Shown: piece after piece, positions 21,308 through 31,781 of the stretch | How positions within the stretch are numbered: the first letter of the stretch is position 1 | How the letters are laid out: each line of letters begins with the position of its first letter | DNA from: an uncultured Clostridia bacterium | GTDB taxonomy: Bacteria > Bacillota > Clostridia > TANB77 > CAG-508 | DNA length: 59,517 nucleotides | Assembly (NCBI GenBank): GCA_949927455.1 | Contig: CATLEX010000002.1 | Coordinates: forward strand, 1-59,517 | Reading direction: 5' to 3' | Program-made: the position numbers and the translations under genes | The notes under the pieces: generated by a model | Databases searched by the model: none | What the model saw: the letters and a program-made list of their open reading frames with translations, nothing else | What the model was told of the DNA's origin: nothing

Positions 21308-21871
21308 GTGGAAGAGGAAGTGATTTTGAATAAAATTATTGAAGATGCTGAAAAAGAGGCAAATTTGATAATTGCTGAAGCAGAAAAGCAAGCCAAAGAA
21401 ATCGAAGAAGAAAATCGAAATAGAGCGATTAAACAAAGCCAAGAGCAATTTGAAGTGATAAAAGCGCAAATTCAAAGAGATGCAATAGCAGAACTGGAAA
21501 AGGCAGAGTTTGAATCGAGAAGTAGCATATTGGCTGAAAAACAAAAAATTATAGAAATTGTGAAGGAAAAGGTAAAGCAGAAAATTAAAGATTTGTCAGA
21601 AGATGAATATGTAAAAATTATCGATGAGAAAATAAAGCAATATAAAGAGGAAAAACAAGTCAGCATTTTGTTGCCAGAAAAGTGTTATGAAGAAATTAAG
21701 AAAATAGCTACTGGTTATCACATGAATGTGTTAGAAAAGACAGATGAATTTGAAGCAGGTGTGATTGTGAAATGTGGCGATATTGAATATAATTATGATT
21801 TTGAAGAAAATATGAGATTTATGAATGAAGAAATAGAAAAGAAGATTGATACGATTTTATTCAAAGTTTAA
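21308..21871 (+). CDS. ntpE: V-type ATPase subunit E
   Basis: GTG start. Coiled-coil N-terminus plus a globular C-terminus. Operon position fits. Confidence 0.7.
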   Translation: MEEEVILNKIIEDAEKEANLIIAEAEKQAKEIEEENRNRAIKQSQEQFEVIKAQIQRDAIAELEKAEFESRSSILAEKQKIIEIVKEKVKQKIKDLSEDEYVKIIDEKIKQYKEEKQVSILLPEKCYEEIKKIATGYHMNVLEKTDEFEAGVIVKCGDIEYNYDFEENMRFMNEEIEKKIDTILFKV

Positions 21872-21893
21872 AATTGCGAGATTGGAGGTACGT

Positions 21894-22857
21894 ATGGAGA
21901 TATATCCGTATGCAGTAGCAAAAATAAAGGTAAGAGAAAATCGATTATTGAGCAACGACCATTTGAAGCAATTGGCTGAAGAAAGTATGGAAAGAATTGT
22001 GGCAGATTTGATGGAAAGAGAATATCCATTTGATATGGTTGAGAGGTATGAAGATTATGAAATTGTTTTGAAAAAAGCGGAAGAAGACATGTATAAATTG
22101 ATTAAAGAAATTATTGAAGAAAATAATATTGCTGAAATTTTCCTAAGTAAAAATGATTTTTATAATATGAAATTGATTTTAAAATCTAAAGCACAAGGAA
22201 AAGAATATCAAGATAAATTGTTGAATAGTGGAACTGTTTCAAAAGAAGAAATTTCTTTTATTATGGAAAATGAAGAATATGATCGATTAAGTAGAAATAG
22301 AAGACAAGCGATTTTGGATGCACGGAGAGGCTTATCAAAAAACAAAAATGCCATTTATTATTGATAGTATTTTGGATAAGGAATGTTTTGTGCATATGAA
22401 AAAATTGGCAGTGCAGTTGAAAAATGATTTTATCTTAAAGTATATTGAAAAATTAATAGATATTACTAATATCAAAACATTTTTTAGAGTGAGAAAGATT
22501 TACAAAGATCCTTACATATTTGAAGTTTCTTATATGGAAGGTGGAAAAATTACATTAAATAATTTTATGGAAAATTTAGACGAAGAGGATCAAAATTTGA
22601 AATATAAATTTATTGGATTTTCTGATACAATTGCACAGGCAATTGACCATTATGAGAATTTGGATCAATTTTGTGATGATTATATTATGAATTACATGAA
22701 AGATGCCAAATTGAAAGCACTTACAATTGAGCCAATATTAGCATATATTTATGCGAAAAAAACGGAATTTAAAAATATTAGAATTATTTTTTCAGGAAAG
22801 TTAAATCAGGTTACTCCTGAAAAAATAAAAGAAAGGCTAAGGGAAAGTTATGTATAA
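21894..22857 (+). CDS. ntpC: V-type ATPase subunit C (d); needs a +1 frame change at CGG 22323..22325
   Basis: YPYAVAKIKVRENRLL N-terminus in frame A and ...IIDSILDKECF...PILAYIYAKKTEFKNIRII in frame A+1. The two track ORFs (21846..22364 and 22318..22857) join as ...AILDA-GEAYQK... Confidence 0.7.
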
Positions 22858-23176
22858 AATAGCTGTGGTAGGAGATAAAGAATCGATATTTGGATTTTCT
22901 GCAATCGGAATGGATGTGTATCCTGCTTATGAAGAAGAGGATGTGAAAGAAATCATACCCAAATTGAAAAAAGAAAATTATGCTATTATTTATATAACAG
23001 AAAATGTAAGTATCAAAGCTCAGAAGTATTTGACCAAATTAAAGACTAATAAAATTCCAGCAATTGTGACCATACCAAGTAATACAGGAAATATGAATTA
23101 TGGAGAAACTAGGATTAAAGAAATGGTACAAAAAGCAGTTGGAATTGAAATTAATTTTAAAGAAAGTAATTCTTAA
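22850..23176 (+). CDS. ntpG: V-type ATPase subunit F
   Basis: MYKIAVVGDKESIFGFSAIGMDVYP, typical of subunit F. Confidence 0.8.
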   Translation: MYKIAVVGDKESIFGFSAIGMDVYPAYEEEDVKEIIPKLKKENYAIIYITENVSIKAQKYLTKLKTNKIPAIVTIPSNTGNMNYGETRIKEMVQKAVGIEINFKESNS

Positions 23177-23186
23177 AAAGAAGGGG

Positions 23187-24968
23187 ATGAAAAGATTGAA
23201 ACAAGGGATTATAACAAAAGTATCAGGACCTTTGGTGATTGCAAAAGGAATGGAAGAAGCCAATATGTTTGATGTAGTAAAGGTATCTGATAAAAACTTA
23301 ATTGGTGAAATCATTGGAATGAATGGAGATAGTGCTTCTATTCAAGTATATGAAGAAACATCTGGTGTTGGGCCTGGTGAAAAAATTGTGCAAACTGGTA
23401 TGCCACTTAGTGTTGAATTGGGTCCAGGAATGCTAACCTCAATTTATGATGGAATTCAAAGACCATTAGATAAAATTTATCAAAAAACAGGCAAAAATAT
23501 TGAAAGAGGTGTTGAAGTAAATAGTATTGATAAAGAAAGAAAATGGACTTTTGTGCCAAAGAAAAATGTAGGTGATACGGTAGAAGAAGGAGAAATTATA
23601 GGAATTGTACAAGAAACAAAAGTGATTGAGTGCAGAATTATGGTTCCAACAGGAATTCATGGAGTGATTAAAGAAATTAAGTCAGGTGATTATACAGTTG
23701 TTGACCCAATATGTATTGTAGAAGATCAAAAAGGAAAAAGACATGAAATTCAAATGATGCAAAAATGGCCAGTTAGAAAACCAAGAAAAGTAGCTAAAAA
23801 ATTAAATCCAGACGATATGTTAATTACTGGGCAAAGAATTATTGATACCTTTTTCCCAATTGCAAAAGGTGGAACGTGTAGTATTCCAGGTGCTTTTGGT
23901 AGTGGGAAAACAGTTATTCAACATCAATTAGCAAAATGGGCGGATGCTGATATTATTATTTATGTTGGTTGTGGAGAACGTGGCAACGAAATGACAGAAG
24001 TTTTAACAGAATTTCCAAATTTGATTGATCCACGTACTAAAGATTCGCTTATGAACCGTACTGTTTTGATTGCGAATACTTCAGATATGCCAGTTGCAGC
24101 AAGAGAAGCATCAATTTATACAGGAATTACAATTGCAGAATATTATCGTGATATGGGATATAATGTAGCGTTAATGGCAGACTCTACTTCAAGATGGGCA
24201 GAAGCTTTACGAGAAATGAGTGGAAGATTGGAAGAGATGCCTGGAGAAGAAGGATATCCTGCTTATTTAGGTTCTAGAATTGCAGAATTTTATGAAAGAG
24301 CTGGAAAAGTAGAGTGTTTAGGCGGAGAGGGCAGAATTGGAACATTAACCGTCATTGGAGCTGTATCTCCAGCAGGTGGTGATATTTCAGAACCAGTTAG
24401 CCAAAGCTCTCTAAGAATTGTTAAAGTTTTTTGGGGATTAGATGCAAGTTTAGCTGCTAAAAGACATTTTCCATCTATTAACTGGTTAACGAGTTATTCA
24501 TTATATAAAGAACAAGCTGAAAAATGGGAAAGAGAAAATATTAGTGAAGAATTTGTTACTTTGAAAAATGAAGCTATGGCAATTTTACAAGAAGAAGCAA
24601 AATTACAAGAAATTGTGCAATTAGTTGGTGTAGATGCAGTTTCTAGCAAAGACCGTGTAACATTAGAGGTTGCTAGAATTTTAAGAGAAGATTATTTGGC
24701 ACAAGATGCATTTGATGAGGTAGACGCTTTTGCTTCTAGTCATAAACAAGAAAGAATTTTGAAAATGATTTTTAAGTTTTATGATCGAATGAGTAGAGCA
24801 ATTGAAGCAGGAATTGATGTAGAAGAATATTCAAAATTACCGTATATAGCGAGAATTGGTAAAGCTAAATTTATTGAAGAAGCAAAAGTAGATAGTGAAT
24901 TTGATGCGATTGAAAAAGCAATGGATAGTGAAACTGACGAAATTATGGAAAAAGGAGGTCTAGCTTAA
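23187..24968 (+). CDS. ntpA: V-type ATPase catalytic subunit A
   Basis: Walker A GAFGSGKT and ADSTSRWAEALREMSGRLEEMPGEEGYPAYL. The start could be ATG 23187 or TTG 23196. Confidence 0.95.
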   Translation: MKRLKQGIITKVSGPLVIAKGMEEANMFDVVKVSDKNLIGEIIGMNGDSASIQVYEETSGVGPGEKIVQTGMPLSVELGPGMLTSIYDGIQRPLDKIYQKTGKNIERGVEVNSIDKERKWTFVPKKNVGDTVEEGEIIGIVQETKVIECRIMVPTGIHGVIKEIKSGDYTVVDPICIVEDQKGKRHEIQMMQKWPVRKPRKVAKKLNPDDMLITGQRIIDTFFPIAKGGTCSIPGAFGSGKTVIQHQLAKWADADIIIYVGCGERGNEMTEVLTEFPNLIDPRTKDSLMNRTVLIANTSDMPVAAREASIYTGITIAEYYRDMGYNVALMADSTSRWAEALREMSGRLEEMPGEEGYPAYLGSRIAEFYERAGKVECLGGEGRIGTLTVIGAVSPAGGDISEPVSQSSLRIVKVFWGLDASLAAKRHFPSINWLTSYSLYKEQAEKWERENISEEFVTLKNEAMAILQEEAKLQEIVQLVGVDAVSSKDRVTLEVARILREDYLAQDAFDEVDAFASSHKQERILKMIFKFYDRMSRAIEAGIDVEEYSKLPYIARIGKAKFIEEAKVDSEFDAIEKAMDSETDEIMEKGGLA

Positions 24969-26339
24969 ATGATAAAAGAATATAAAACAATAAAAGAAAC
25001 AGCAGGACCCTTGATGTTGGTTGAAAAAGTAGAAGGTGTAAAATACGATGAAATTGGAGAAATCAAACTTCAAAACGGAGAAACAAGATTATGCAAAGTT
25101 TTGGAAGTAACTGAAGATGCTGCATTGGTTCAATTATTTGAAAGTAGTAGTGGAATTAATTTAAAAGAATCAAAAGTTCGATTTTTAGGAAAAGGTTTGG
25201 AATTTAGCGTTTCTAAAAATATTTTAGGAAGAGTTTTTAATGGAATGGGAAAAGCAATTGATGGTATGCCAAATGTAATTGCGAATAAAAAAGTAGACAT
25301 TAATGGAAAACCAATTAATCCAGCAGCTAGAATTTTTCCATCTGAATTTATCCAAACAGGTGTGTCTTCTATTGATGGATTGAATACTTTAGTTATTGGA
25401 CAGAAACTGCCAATTTTTTCTGGTTCTGGACTTCCTCATGCGGAATTGGCTGTACAAATTGCAAAGCAAGCTAAAGTACTAAAAGAGGATACAAAATTTG
25501 CGGTTGTTTTTGCAGCGATTGGAATTTCATTTGAAGATGCTGAATATTTTACCAAAAGTTTAAGAGAAACAGGAGCGATTAGTCGTTCTGTTATGTTTAT
25601 CAATTTGGCAAATGACCCAGCAGTAGAACGTATTTCAACACCTCGTATGGCACTAACAGCAGCAGAATATTTGGCCTATGAGGAAAATATGCAAGTATTG
25701 GTGATTATGACTGATATGACCAATTATGCAGAAGCACTTCGTGAAGTTTCAGCAGCAAGAAAAGAAATTCCTGGAAGAAGAGCGTATCCTGGTTATTTGT
25801 ATACAGATTTATCAACGATTTATGAGCGTGCTGGTAAGATTAAAGGAAAAGAAGGTTCTGTGACTATGATTCCAATTTTAACAATGCCAGAAGACGACAA
25901 AACACATCCTGTACCAGACTTAACAGGTTATATTACAGAAGGGCAAATTGTTTTAAGTAGGGATTTAAATAAACGTGGAATGATGCCGCCAGTAGATGTT
26001 TTGCTTTCTTTATCGCGTTTGAAAAATGAAGGAATTGGAAAAGGTAAAACAAGAGAGGACCATTCTGGTGTTTTAAATCAGTTGTTTGCATCATATGCAC
26101 GTGGAAAAGATGCCAAAGAATTAATGGCAATTTTGGGAGAAAGTGCACTTTCAGAATTGGATCGAATTTATGCAAAATTTGCAGATGATTTTGAAAAGGA
26201 ATTTATTGCACAAGGTTTCGAGACAAATCGTAGTATTGAGGAAACGTTAAATATCGGTTGGAAATTGCTTTCTACTTTACCAAAACAAGAATTAAAGCGT
26301 ATTAAAGATGTGTATATTGAAAAGTATTTTCAAAACTAG
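24969..26339 (+). CDS. ntpB: V-type ATPase subunit B
   Basis: [35 protein letters not shown]. Stop and start abut ntpA. Confidence 0.95.
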   Translation: MIKEYKTIKETAGPLMLVEKVEGVKYDEIGEIKLQNGETRLCKVLEVTEDAALVQLFESSSGINLKESKVRFLGKGLEFSVSKNILGRVFNGMGKAIDGMPNVIANKKVDINGKPINPAARIFPSEFIQTGVSSIDGLNTLVIGQKLPIFSGSGLPHAELAVQIAKQAKVLKEDTKFAVVFAAIGISFEDAEYFTKSLRETGAISRSVMFINLANDPAVERISTPRMALTAAEYLAYEENMQVLVIMTDMTNYAEALREVSAARKEIPGRRAYPGYLYTDLSTIYERAGKIKGKEGSVTMIPILTMPEDDKTHPVPDLTGYITEGQIVLSRDLNKRGMMPPVDVLLSLSRLKNEGIGKGKTREDHSGVLNQLFASYARGKDAKELMAILGESALSELDRIYAKFADDFEKEFIAQGFETNRSIEETLNIGWKLLSTLPKQELKRIKDVYIEKYFQN

Positions 26340-26364
26340 AATTTGAAGAAGGGAAGAGATAATT

Positions 26365-26997
26365 ATGGCAGTTTTAAATGTAAATTTAACGCGTATAGAA
26401 AGTATCAATATGAAAAAATCTTTAAAAACAGCGCAAAAAGGGCATAAACTTTTAAAAGATAAACTAGATGAATTGATTAAAAAGATATTAGAACTTGTGA
26501 AAAAAAATCAAGAACTTCGTAAACAAACAGATGAAATGCTAAAAAGTACGTATCAGAATTTTAGACTAGCCAAAGCAGTTATTGGAGAAAGTTATATGGA
26601 GGAAGCACTAATTATTCCAAGAAAATCTGTTTCAGTTGAAATTGGTGAGACAAGTGTAATGAGTGTAAAAATTCCGAAGTTTTATTTTCAAGAAAAAGAA
26701 TGTGAAATAGAAAATAAAGCATTGTATGGTTTTGCGTATACGACATCTGAGTTAGATCGAGCAATTGAGAGTTTTGCAGAAGTTTCAGAAAAATTATTAG
26801 AACTTGCACAAAATGAAAAAGCAATTGAATTAATATCTGCGGAAATTGAGAAAACAAGAAGACGCGTTAATGCCATTGAAAATGTTACGATTCCAAATTA
26901 TAAAGATACAATTAAATATATTGGCTTAAAATTATCAGAAGATGAAAGAGCTTCGACTTCTAGACTTATGAAGATTAAAGAGATGCTTATAAAATAA
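26365..26997 (+). CDS. ntpD: V-type ATPase subunit D
   Basis: Long helical central-stalk protein with GHKLLKDKLDEL and RRRVNAIENVTIP motifs. Confidence 0.9.
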   Translation: MAVLNVNLTRIESINMKKSLKTAQKGHKLLKDKLDELIKKILELVKKNQELRKQTDEMLKSTYQNFRLAKAVIGESYMEEALIIPRKSVSVEIGETSVMSVKIPKFYFQEKECEIENKALYGFAYTTSELDRAIESFAEVSEKLLELAQNEKAIELISAEIEKTRRRVNAIENVTIPNYKDTIKYIGLKLSEDERASTSRLMKIKEMLIK

Positions 26998-27009
26998 AAA
27001 TTTGATAAA

Positions 27010-27043
27010 AAATGAGGTAGATATTAAATACCTTATTTTTTTG
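27010..27043 (+). terminator. V-ATPase operon terminator
   Basis: AAATGAGGTA-loop-TACCTTATTT followed by a T-run. Confidence 0.55.
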
Positions 27044-27079
27044 TTTTTGTTACAATTTGTATAATAAATAATTTATAAA

Positions 27080-27295
27080 TTACAACTTAGTAGGTGCGTA
27101 TTCTTCTGTTCCAATATCATTCAAAATAGCTTTTGAATTTTGATCAGGCATTCCAAAACGTTGTGATAAATATCTTAAAGAAGCACCCAGCTCTCCATCT
27201 GGTCCGCCATACTGACTTACAATAACTTTTGCCAATTCTACATTTCTATTTTTGATGTTAATTGGATATTGTAAATTTCTACTATAATTCCACAT
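27080..27295 (-). CDS. cotJC: cotJC, 5' segment of the split gene (genuine coding ends near 27101; 6 foreign codons and a stop follow)
   Basis: MWNYSRNLQYPINIKNRNVELAKVIVSQYGGPDGELGASLRYLSQRF...LNDIGTEE is the CotJC/Mn-catalase N-terminus. The ATG overlaps the cotJB stop. Confidence 0.85.
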   Translation of the reverse strand: MWNYSRNLQYPINIKNRNVELAKVIVSQYGGPDGELGASLRYLSQRFGMPDQNSKAILNDIGTEEYAPTKL

Positions 27296-27561
27296 TACCT
27301 GTTAAACCCCCTTTGCCATGGCCATAAATTTTGAGCCCATTCCCAGCTCTCCATAACTGTTTCCACAGTTAGAGGACCATACATTTTTTCAAATTCTTTT
27401 GTTACTTCTTCTAATTTTTTGACATAATCATTGTGTAAACCAAGTGCTTTTTTATCATTTGGATGAGTGTCCAAATATAAAGTCAAGTCATTCACATAAA
27501 ATTTATATTCCATAATTTTTCTTAGTAATTTTTCTCGATTGTCATTTTGAAGATTTTCCAT
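27295..27561 (-). CDS. cotJB: Spore coat protein CotJB
   Basis: FYVNDLTLYLDTHPNDKKAL...YGPLT...WPWQ motifs of CotJB. Confidence 0.85.
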   Translation of the reverse strand: MENLQNDNREKLLRKIMEYKFYVNDLTLYLDTHPNDKKALGLHNDYVKKLEEVTKEFEKMYGPLTVETVMESWEWAQNLWPWQRGFNR

Positions 27562-27773
27562 TATAGCTTAAATCCTCCTTTTCCATAATTCTTTAAAAAT
27601 TCGATTTCTCGCATAGAATCACCAGGAGAATAGGGACTAAATAACTCAGGAAAAATAGTACCTTTTTTTAATGCTTCTTCAGGAGAAAAAGTTTTTCTTA
27701 ATGTTTGATTCATCACATATGCGTGCCCAAACATTGCATTTTTTGGAAAAAATCCTTGATTGTTTTCTATCAT
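27561..27773 (-). CDS. cotJA: Spore coat-associated protein CotJA
   Basis: FGHAYVMNQTLRKTFSPEEALKKGTIFPELFSPY motif. Start moved to the ATG after AGGAGGG. Confidence 0.75.
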   Translation of the reverse strand: MIENNQGFFPKNAMFGHAYVMNQTLRKTFSPEEALKKGTIFPELFSPYSPGDSMREIEFLKNYGKGGFKL

Positions 27774-27916
27774 GTTTATCCCTCCTAGTAATACATTATG
27801 TAAATTCAAACAAAGTTGTGAATCGTTTTTAATTTATCCAAAAATAAAACGGTAAAAGTCTGATTTATCAAGGCTTTTATGCTTTTTAAAAAAGACAGGA
27901 TTTACAGAGGAAAGTA

Positions 27917-27945
27917 TTGACAAAAATCCCTTTTTGTAGTATAAT
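27917..27945 (+). promoter_or_regulatory. Sigma-A promoter of the surface-protein operon
   Basis: TTGACA, 17 nt spacer, TATAAT (both hexamers consensus). Confidence 0.55.
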
Positions 27946-28012
27946 AAAATTACCTGTATAGTTGGCTATTAGCTAATGTATAGGAAAAATATAATAAAAG
28001 GAGAGTTAAATT

Positions 28013-31000
28013 ATGAAGTTAAAAAAATTACTTGCTATTTTTTTACTTACAACACTTTTATTGGCACAATTTAGTTGGGTTAGCCTAAGTAATATTGTAT
28101 ATGCTACAGAAAGTGGAATGGAAACTAATTTCCATTATGCTCAACTTGGGACAGAAGCTAAAAAAATATACCAAGCAATGTATAAAATGTACATAGATGG
28201 TATATTTAAAACAGGAACACAAGGTTATGACCTTGTACAAAATGGTATTTTTACAGAAGAAGAAATCAGAGAATATGAAAAAGGGAATAACACATTGACT
28301 TCAGCGATGGATGCTGCAAGATATGCTTTTTATGCAGATTATCCTGGAATTTTCTATGTTAATTTCCAAAAAGTTAGTATCAGAATAACAAAAGGTGCAA
28401 GTGGTGAATACCATGCTTACATCGGTTCTGGAAGATTTGCTAATTATTACACAGATGGTTTTACGAGTACACAACAAGTAGAACAAGCGATTGCAGAATT
28501 TGATAATGTTGTTAATGAAATTGCTGCAAAAGCTGAAAATGTAAAAGTAGAAGCAAATCAAAATAAAACGGTAGAACAAGTTAAATTAGTTCATAATGAA
28601 ATTATTAATCATACAGGTTATAGATTAGAGAGTGATTGTAAGGAAGGAAATGAAGGATTTATTTCGACACCTTATGGAGCGCTTGTAGAAAAAGAGGCAG
28701 TATGTGAAGGATATGCAAGAGCATTCAAAACAATTTTAGATAAAGTTGGAATGAATAATATTCTTGTACAAGGAACTCATCAAAGTGAAGGTTCAGCAGC
28801 AGTTCCTCATATGTGGAACTATGTTGAAATTGAAAAATCGACAGTAGCTAGAACAGGAGAAAAAGTTTGGTATGCAGTAGACTGTACACTAGATGATCCA
28901 TTTTTAAGAAACCCACATATTGATACAACCCAACCAGAATATAATCCAGGAGACGATATCACAGAAGGATTTGAAAACACAAGATATTGTTTAGTGGGAA
29001 CAGAAACCATGAACAAAGAACATGTTGTCTTAGAATCAGTTGAAGCAGCAGGATTTTATACATTTAAATATCCAGAATTATATTCAGAAGATTATGGAAT
29101 TGATAATGTAACAAATGTTAATGGATTGTTAGTAAAATTCAAACAGGAAGGAACTGAAACAGAAGAATACAAAGCAGGAGATTTTTATATCAGTTATAAC
29201 AATAAGGGATATGCAGAAGCAGTAAAAGAAGGAAAATATATCTTGATGAAATATCATGAATATAGACCAGGAGATGATATATGGATTGAAGGCAAGTGGG
29301 GTTATATGAATCCAGAATTATATGCACCAGGAGCCTTTCAAGATTATGGAGATCATATTTATATTATCGTTCCAAATGGAGAATATGTTGAATTTGCTGT
29401 AACGACATTAGCACCAAGTGAAGGGCTAGCAGGTTATACGTATCAAGGTGATGAATCTGACTTTGTAGCACAATCAGGAAAATTATACAATCCAAATGGA
29501 ATTTATAAAAGTAAGCCATACATTAAAAAACAAACACCAGCACCAACAGCAACACTTTCAGTTGGACCTACTTATCATGTAGATGTTACTTATGATGATG
29601 ATTTAGTGTTAGCAGAAGGAGCAACAGAAGTAGGTTATACATTAGATTCAACAGGACCAACAGGTGCAGATGAGGCAGAAATAACAAATTTTGTTTTTGA
29701 TGGAAAAAATAGAGTAACATTTGATTTAAAATTCAGTAAAATGTGGGCTGACGATGGAGCAACGTACCATATTTATTTAACAGGTCTAGTTGGAAAAAAT
29801 AGTGGAAAAGCACCAATGGAAATAAGCTATGGAGCAATTAATACAATAGCATGTTCATTTAGTATGAATAAAGCAAAAAATTGGGAAGTATTTGGTAGAC
29901 CAACTCTTCTTGAAAATGAAGACCTTTCAATGAATGGTTGGCAAACAAGTGACGGAGAAGACGTTTCTGATAAATTAAAAAGTAGAATTGCTTTAGTAAC
30001 AACAAGAACTACAAAAACTGAAAGAGAAACAATGAATGATTTAATGGAAAACGAATTAGGCAGTCAAGAATTAGTAACAAGTGAAACCTATAATATTTCG
30101 TTAAATGTATGTAAAAAATATGTTGTAAAAACTGGTCATAGACTAAGAATATCTTTAGGATTTCCAGAAGGATATGGTCCAGAAGATGCAGGTGTTACTT
30201 TTAAAGCATATCACTTTAAAAGAGATAATGCTGGCAATGTAACAGGTGTTGAAGAAATTCCTTGTGTTGTAACACCATATGGATTAATTATAACTTGTGA
30301 TTCATTCAGTCCATTTGCGATTGCAGTTGTTGAAAATGACGGAACTGTACCACAAAATAAGGCAATTGTAGTATCAGCTACAGAAGGTGGTAATATTGAA
30401 GGAGCAAATCGTGAAGAAGGAAATATTGTTACTCTTACAGAAGGTGCATCTAGAACTCTTAATGTAAGACCAGATGCAGGTTATGAGATTGAAACAATTA
30501 CGGTTTGTGGAAAACAAATTGATGTTAGCAATAAAGAGACAATGGATGTTACTGTAAATTATAGTGATATAAATTCAGAAAACTGTATTGTTGAAGCAAC
30601 ATTTGTTGCAAAATCAGTTGTGCAAGAAGAAGAAGCTAGAGGAGAAACAGTTGCTGTTCCAGTTGCTGTTCCAGCAGAAATAACAATGCAAGATACAGCT
30701 TCAGTAAAAGTAGGAGAAACATTAACAATTCAACCAACTGTAACTGAAAATGCAGAAGTTCAAACATATCAATGGTATAAAAATGATGTTAAATTAGATG
30801 GAAAAACAGACAAAGTATTAGAAATAGAAAATGCTCAAGAAGCAGATAGTGGAAATTATGTATTAGAGGTTACAACAACAGTTGGAACAACAAGTGAAAA
30901 AGCTACAAGTAAATCTTGTACAGTTACAGTTGCAAGTGAAATTCTACCAACAACTCCAAGTTTTGCTACCTCAATTGAAAAATTGACAAACCAACCAGTA

Positions 31001-31765
31001 TATCCAGGAGACGAGATTGAAGTAGCTGTTAGAGTTCATGATTTAACAGCAATAGATAAAGGATTGATTACATTAGGTGGCAAATTAGATTATGACAAAA
31101 ATGTTTTAGAAAAAATCAGTATTGAAAATCAAAATGGTTGGGATATTGCAATGAATGAAGATAATTTGAAATTTGTAACAGATAACAATCATTATGTAAC
31201 AGGAAATAGCGATGTTTTCAAAATAAAATTCAAAGTAAAAGAAACTATTGACCAAGATACAAAAACAGTTATTACTGTAAGAGATATTGTAGCAAGTAAT
31301 GGTGATATAGAAGTTCCATCAAATGATACAAATCTAGAAATTAATATTACAAAAAAATTAGAAGGAATTACTTCTGATGTATATGAAATAGGAGAGAATA
31401 TTATTTCAAGAATTGCACCAGGTACAACTTTTAGTAAATTTAAAACAAATGTGCAAACACAACAAGATTTAATTCTTATGGATAAAACTGGAAATGTACT
31501 TGGAAATGATGCTGTGCTTGCAACAGGAATGACATTGAAAGTAGGAGATAAATTACAATTCACATTAGTTGTAACAGGAGATATTGATGGAAATGGTGAA
31601 TTAGGAATTACAGATCTTGCTAAATTAAAATTACATTATATTGAACAAGAATTGTTGACAGGAATTGCTTTGAAATCTGCTGATGTAGACGGAAATGGCG
31701 AAATCACAATCACAGATTTAGCACAACTTAAGTTAGCATTAATTGGTTTGATGGAAATAAAATAA
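28013..31765 (+). CDS. Secreted 1250-aa multidomain protein: signal peptide, transglutaminase-like Cys-protease core, Ig-like modules, cohesin-like module, C-terminal dockerin
   Basis: Signal peptide MKLKKLLAIFLL...VYA. Core CEGYARAF...PHMWNYVEI...AVDCTLDD (Cys 28703, His 28808, Asp 28880). Ig-like QWYKNDVKLDG...DSGNYVLEV. Cohesin-like block near 31000..31350. Dockerin duplicate GDIDGNGELGITDLAKLK / ADVDGNGEITITDLAQLK near 31571..31750. Confidence 0.8.
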   Translation: MKLKKLLAIFLLTTLLLAQFSWVSLSNIVYATESGMETNFHYAQLGTEAKKIYQAMYKMYIDGIFKTGTQGYDLVQNGIFTEEEIREYEKGNNTLTSAMDAARYAFYADYPGIFYVNFQKVSIRITKGASGEYHAYIGSGRFANYYTDGFTSTQQVEQAIAEFDNVVNEIAAKAENVKVEANQNKTVEQVKLVHNEIINHTGYRLESDCKEGNEGFISTPYGALVEKEAVCEGYARAFKTILDKVGMNNILVQGTHQSEGSAAVPHMWNYVEIEKSTVARTGEKVWYAVDCTLDDPFLRNPHIDTTQPEYNPGDDITEGFENTRYCLVGTETMNKEHVVLESVEAAGFYTFKYPELYSEDYGIDNVTNVNGLLVKFKQEGTETEEYKAGDFYISYNNKGYAEAVKEGKYILMKYHEYRPGDDIWIEGKWGYMNPELYAPGAFQDYGDHIYIIVPNGEYVEFAVTTLAPSEGLAGYTYQGDESDFVAQSGKLYNPNGIYKSKPYIKKQTPAPTATLSVGPTYHVDVTYDDDLVLAEGATEVGYTLDSTGPTGADEAEITNFVFDGKNRVTFDLKFSKMWADDGATYHIYLTGLVGKNSGKAPMEISYGAINTIACSFSMNKAKNWEVFGRPTLLENEDLSMNGWQTSDGEDVSDKLKSRIALVTTRTTKTERETMNDLMENELGSQELVTSETYNISLNVCKKYVVKTGHRLRISLGFPEGYGPEDAGVTFKAYHFKRDNAGNVTGVEEIPCVVTPYGLIITCDSFSPFAIAVVENDGTVPQNKAIVVSATEGGNIEGANREEGNIVTLTEGASRTLNVRPDAGYEIETITVCGKQIDVSNKETMDVTVNYSDINSENCIVEATFVAKSVVQEEEARGETVAVPVAVPAEITMQDTASVKVGETLTIQPTVTENAEVQTYQWYKNDVKLDGKTDKVLEIENAQEADSGNYVLEVTTTVGTTSEKATSKSCTVTVASEILPTTPSFATSIEKLTNQPVYPGDEIEVAVRVHDLTAIDKGLITLGGKLDYDKNVLEKISIENQNGWDIAMNEDNLKFVTDNNHYVTGNSDVFKIKFKVKETIDQDTKTVITVRDIVASNGDIEVPSNDTNLEINITKKLEGITSDVYEIGENIISRIAPGTTFSKFKTNVQTQQDLILMDKTGNVLGNDAVLATGMTLKVGDKLQFTLVVTGDIDGNGELGITDLAKLKLHYIEQELLTGIALKSADVDGNGEITITDLAQLKLALIGLMEIK

Positions 31766-31781
31766 AATCAAAGGAGAAACT

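Noticed and set aside
27792-27800. Sigma-K-like -10 box (CATAATGTA, minus strand) upstream of cotJA
   Set aside because: It lies only about 19 nt from the preferred ATG and would place the transcription start inside the RBS. No mother-cell promoter could be placed with confidence.
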